Shown here piece after piece: positions 61,201 through 64,000 of a stretch of 64,000 nt of DNA (positions within the stretch are counted from its first letter, which is position 1; each line of letters starts with the position of its first letter). The position numbers and the translations under genes were made by a program. The DNA comes from Opitutia bacterium. GTDB taxonomy: Bacteria > Verrucomicrobiota > Verrucomicrobiia > Opitutales > T3Sed10-336. Under the pieces are notes generated by a model that was given only the letters and a program-made list of their open reading frames with translations, made no database searches and was not told the origin of the DNA. The stretch spans positions 64,001 through 128,000 of the forward strand of contig JBJHCF010000003.1 of assembly GCA_050506795.1 (NCBI GenBank), given 5' to 3'.

Positions 61201-61355
61201 CCGCGCGTATCCGCACCGGTCTGCCACTTGAATCGGCGCTGATGGCCGATTTGCTGGAACGCCCGGCGAAATCCCTCGAAATGAATGACGGGGCGGTGGA
61301 AGTCGATGTGTCGCCTTTTGAAATCGTCACTTTGAAGTTTCCGATCACCAACTGA
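58212..61355 (+). CDS. Alpha-mannosidase, glycoside hydrolase family 38
   Basis: GHAHIDTAWLWP, WIPDVFGYS, GFGDGGGGPT, GELYLEFHRG, NQFHDIIPGS; start at ATG 58212. Confidence 0.93.
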   Translation: MEKFSRIYENRYARVIEQMTAHIYTGRADVSVEAFQPRGEPVSPEEALNATYHPFSVGDTWGGAWNTAWFRITGAVPAEWEGRQVVALIALSPWEHIPFSGEGFAGEGLVWQNGKPVRAININRRDVPIASPAKGGETFEFYVEAAANPQATSIGAKMMVSPEPDGARKFTLDRAELTCFDREVWDLYRDYLACYEAMRALPEQTPRRGQLHYALNEASNRLDIENSETYEGARAALREVMSRTNSATTHTISAVGHAHIDTAWLWPLREAIRKCARTFSTALRYMEEYPDYKFSCSQAQHYAWMKHYYPSIYADIKKAIARGEWEPIGSMWIEVDCNIPSGESLVRQILQGKRFFEKELGVETTDVWIPDVFGYSASMPQIMKKAGIRYFMTSKISWNEINRFPHHTFLWEGIDGTRVFSHFPPADTYMGKMTGPEMIRCVSRFTENDRATRSLYPYGFGDGGGGPTRGMLETARRWKDFEGIPRVELDRVRDFFPKAEADAKDLPVWSGELYLEFHRGTYTSQAATKRGNRKCEFLLREAEFFDAVSLAISGRRPEAGEMPPHAAYDVVARDRVDAAGALERAWKLLLLNQFHDIIPGSSINWVYEDAARDYQTIEALGAPIVRHGQTSLESRIQTADFSEPTVIFNTLGFERAEVVSDSSGHPFWAQAPSCGYRVVEKREELPEAVAPVTVKQEDGEFRLENGLLRVMVDGEGRLSSVYDLGAKREVLAPGKKGNQFQLYGDTPSQWDAWDIEVFYGEVGYELHEMDVVEIVESGPLRAVLQAKRHFRNSWISQRIVLRAGSARIDFETEVDWQEERKLLKVAFPVNVRSPRATYEIQFGHTERPTHRNTSWDAAKFEVCAQKWADLSEGDYGVAILNDCKYGHDILDNVMRLSLLRAPNAPDPLADRGRHRFTYSLFPHSGGNPQTGGVIEEAFALNVPLSLVETEPHPGELPAVQSFFQTDRPGLMLDTVKVAEDADAVILRAYEAYGTRGPARIRTGLPLESALMADLLERPAKSLEMNDGAVEVDVSPFEIVTLKFPITN

Positions 61356-61358
61356 GCC

Positions 61359-63713
61359 ATGCCACGCCTGTCCAGCATTCTTATGGGGTTGTTCGTACTG
61401 GTGCTTCTCCTCCCAACAGCGGGAGCGACCACCAGGAAGCTGGATCTTTTCGGGCCGGCGCCATTGACGCAGCCATTGTCCCACCTCCTGGAACGTTTCG
61501 AGCAGGCGAACCCGGGGGTGCGGGTGGTGGTGGCGCAGAACGCCTCGGGCGACCAAACCGCCGACCCGACCCGTTTCCTGGTTTCGGTGGCCGGCGGACA
61601 GCCGCCGGATTTGATCATCTTCGACCGTTACGCGGTCGCGGAATGGGCGGCGCGCAACGCTTTTCTGCCGCTGGACGAGTTTATCGAACGGGAGCGGGAA
61701 AGCGGTGACGGCTGGATTGTTCCGGAGAACTATTTCCTGACCGCCTGGGACGAGGGCACCTGGGAGGACCGGGTATATGGAATTCCCATGACGGTGGACG
61801 TGCGACTGCTGTTTTACAATCGCGACGAACTTGCCGCCGCCGGGTACGTGGACGAACGGGGCGAGGCGCGCCCTCCGGCCACCTGGAGCGAACTGCGCGA
61901 AATGGCGGTCGAGTTGTCGCAGTGGGGACCCCGGGGGAATCTGGTTCGGGCGGGCTTTATCCCCACTGTCGGTGACGCCCACCTTTACCTCTATGGGTGG
62001 CTCAATGGCGCCCGGTTTGTGGACGATTTGGGGCGGCCTTCATTTCAGGATCCAAGGATACTGGAAGCGCTCACCTTCATGACCGACCTCTACGAGGAGC
62101 TCGGGGGGTACCGCGACGTGACGGCGTTCGAACAGACCTTCCGTTTTGGTACCGGGGATCCTTTTGTTAATGAGCAGGTGCTCATGATGATCACCCACAG
62201 CATGTACTTTGAAACCATCTCGGCCTATGCCCCGGATTTCAACTGGGGTGTGGCGCCGCTGCCGCTTTCCGACTCGATGGCGGCCGCGGGAGCCGATCCG
62301 GTCACGTGGTCGGGCGGGTTCTGTTTTGCCATTCCGGTGAACTCCCGCGATCCCGAACTGGCCTGGGAATTGATTCGCTGGCTGACCTCGGAGGAAGCGG
62401 CCCTGCTGCAAGGGGAAATCCAGGTGGAGCATCAGCGGGCGCAAGGTCGCCTGGGGTTGGTGTCGCCAAGCCCCAACATTCATGTGAACCAACTTCTGAT
62501 GGAGCGTTTCACCCGTGACCTGCCGCCGGCGTTCCGGGCCGGTTACGAGCTGTTTGAGGAACTCATCCCGCACAGTCATTTCCGTCCCAAGACTCCCGTG
62601 GGACAGCGCATGTGGCACGAACAGCTCAACGCTACCGACCAGGCCTTGTATGGGAACCTCACTCCGGCGCAGGCATTGCTCCGCGCCCAGGAGAATCTGG
62701 AGGAGGCACAGGAGCAGTTCGCTTTTTTCCAGGAAAGCGGAGCCATCATTCGCTGGGGACTGGTGTTGCCGGTATTTGGAATCCTGATCGTGATTTGTTT
62801 CGCTTCCATTTATCGATTCGGCGGCGGGCAATTGAGCGGAGAACAGTATATGCGCGAGGGTTGGGCCGGGTACCTGTTCGCTTCGCCATGGTTGATCGGT
62901 TTCTTCTTCCTGACCTTCGGAACCATGCTCTTTACCATCCTGATCAGCTTTGGTCGTTACGACCTGATCAACCCCGCCGAATGGATGGGCACCCGCAATT
63001 ACAGTTATCTGATGCAGGACGAGTTGTTCTGGAAATCACTGTGGAATACCACCTTCATGGTGATTGGCGTGCCGCTCGGCATGGCGCTCGGACTGGGATT
63101 CGCATTGCTGGTCGTGCGGGAGATCAAATTCGCTCCCATGTGGACCACCCTGATCTACCTTCCCAGCATTATCCCGATTGTGGCCGCCTCGATCGTGTGG
63201 ATCGAGATTCTGGGCGCCAACACGGGTCTGATCAACCAGATGCTGGCCGCGGTTGGCGTCGACGGCCCCAACTGGCTCGGCGATGCCCGCATGAGCAAAC
63301 CGGCGCTTATCATGATGGGATTGTGGGTGAGCGGCGGAAGTATTGTTATATGGATCGCCGGATTGCGGGAGATTCCGCGCAGTTACTACGAAGCGGCCGA
63401 ACTCGACGGGGCCGGTTACTGGCGGCAACTGTTTGCGGTCACCCTGCCATTGCTGACGCCCTACATTCTTTTCAATTTGATTATGGGTCTGATTGGAACC
63501 TTCCGCATCTTCGACCAGGCTTACATCATGACTTCCGGCGGTCCGGTGAACTCGACGCTGTTCTATGCGTATTACCTGTTCAATCAGGCTTTCCGTTTCT
63601 TGAATATGGGAGTCGCGTCGGCGATGGCGTGGATTCTTTTTATCGTGGTGGTCTCCCTGACCATCTGGCAAATGGTCCTTTCCAGGAGGTGGGTGCACTA
63701 TGAAGGGTCGTAG
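61359..63713 (+). CDS. Fused extracellular sugar-binding protein + carbohydrate ABC permease
   Basis: N-terminal SBP (PDLI, YGIP, LFYNRD, PPATWSEL, WELIRWL); C-terminal permease with EAA motif YEAAELDGAG. Confidence 0.9.
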   Translation: MPRLSSILMGLFVLVLLLPTAGATTRKLDLFGPAPLTQPLSHLLERFEQANPGVRVVVAQNASGDQTADPTRFLVSVAGGQPPDLIIFDRYAVAEWAARNAFLPLDEFIERERESGDGWIVPENYFLTAWDEGTWEDRVYGIPMTVDVRLLFYNRDELAAAGYVDERGEARPPATWSELREMAVELSQWGPRGNLVRAGFIPTVGDAHLYLYGWLNGARFVDDLGRPSFQDPRILEALTFMTDLYEELGGYRDVTAFEQTFRFGTGDPFVNEQVLMMITHSMYFETISAYAPDFNWGVAPLPLSDSMAAAGADPVTWSGGFCFAIPVNSRDPELAWELIRWLTSEEAALLQGEIQVEHQRAQGRLGLVSPSPNIHVNQLLMERFTRDLPPAFRAGYELFEELIPHSHFRPKTPVGQRMWHEQLNATDQALYGNLTPAQALLRAQENLEEAQEQFAFFQESGAIIRWGLVLPVFGILIVICFASIYRFGGGQLSGEQYMREGWAGYLFASPWLIGFFFLTFGTMLFTILISFGRYDLINPAEWMGTRNYSYLMQDELFWKSLWNTTFMVIGVPLGMALGLGFALLVVREIKFAPMWTTLIYLPSIIPIVAASIVWIEILGANTGLINQMLAAVGVDGPNWLGDARMSKPALIMMGLWVSGGSIVIWIAGLREIPRSYYEAAELDGAGYWRQLFAVTLPLLTPYILFNLIMGLIGTFRIFDQAYIMTSGGPVNSTLFYAYYLFNQAFRFLNMGVASAMAWILFIVVVSLTIWQMVLSRRWVHYEGS

Positions 63714-64000
63714 TTGGTTTGTGGAGGCGGTTCTGTACGGACTGCTGATTCTCATCGGGGCCGTGTTTTCGCTGCCTCTGATCTATATGATGCTGATCTC
63801 GGTCAAGGTGGATCGGGAGTTCATGGAGGTGGGACGTGTCTTTCCGGCAATTCCGAATCCGTCAGCGTACTCTCCCTTTCTGGCCGATGAAATTGCGGAC
63901 GCCGAGGAGATGTGGAGAGACCGGTGGTTACGGGAATTGGAGGAGGTGCACGGCGCCGCTATTCCCCGGGACCTTGCGCTGGCGGTGGCCGCGGAGGCGG
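63700..64000 (+). CDS. Second carbohydrate ABC permease (3'-truncated)
   Basis: ATG 63700 MKGRSWFVEAVLYGLLILIGAVFSLPLIYMMLISVK; overlaps the preceding permease. Confidence 0.65.
   Translation, partial: MKGRSWFVEAVLYGLLILIGAVFSLPLIYMMLISVKVDREFMEVGRVFPAIPNPSAYSPFLADEIADAEEMWRDRWLRELEEVHGAAIPRDLALAVAAEA

Overview
High-GC bacterial chromosomal segment, most likely Verrucomicrobiota (Opitutia-like). This is inferred from the prepilin H-X9-DG-type protein, giant LamG/CotH proteins and a fused SBP-permease. The left part holds secreted proteins (WD40, S8 protease, PL4 lyase, LamG/Ig giant) among housekeeping genes (ECF sigma/anti-sigma, queA, xerD, hemG, ribH-nusB-ftsY, DUF1854-type ABC pair). From ~26 kb to the end is a long carbohydrate-utilisation region: Gfo/Idh/MocA dehydrogenases, TIM-barrel epimerases, ThuA, MFS, AraC, GH43 x2, GH2, GH4, GH38 and sugar ABC genes, with no TonB/SusC-like receptor in view. 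Main observations: (1) five unrelated large proteins end in the same ~130-aa C-terminal domain, a candidate sorting signal; (2) a divergent CotH-kinase / pseudopilin / giant lectin-like locus whose two big proteins share a tail of apparently circularly permuted discoidin-like modules; (3) two ~200-bp MITEs with IS4-like ends and 10-bp target duplications that carry different repeat cargo; (4) an unannotated 24-aa hydrophobic ORF. All family calls come from motif recognition by eye; no searches were run.
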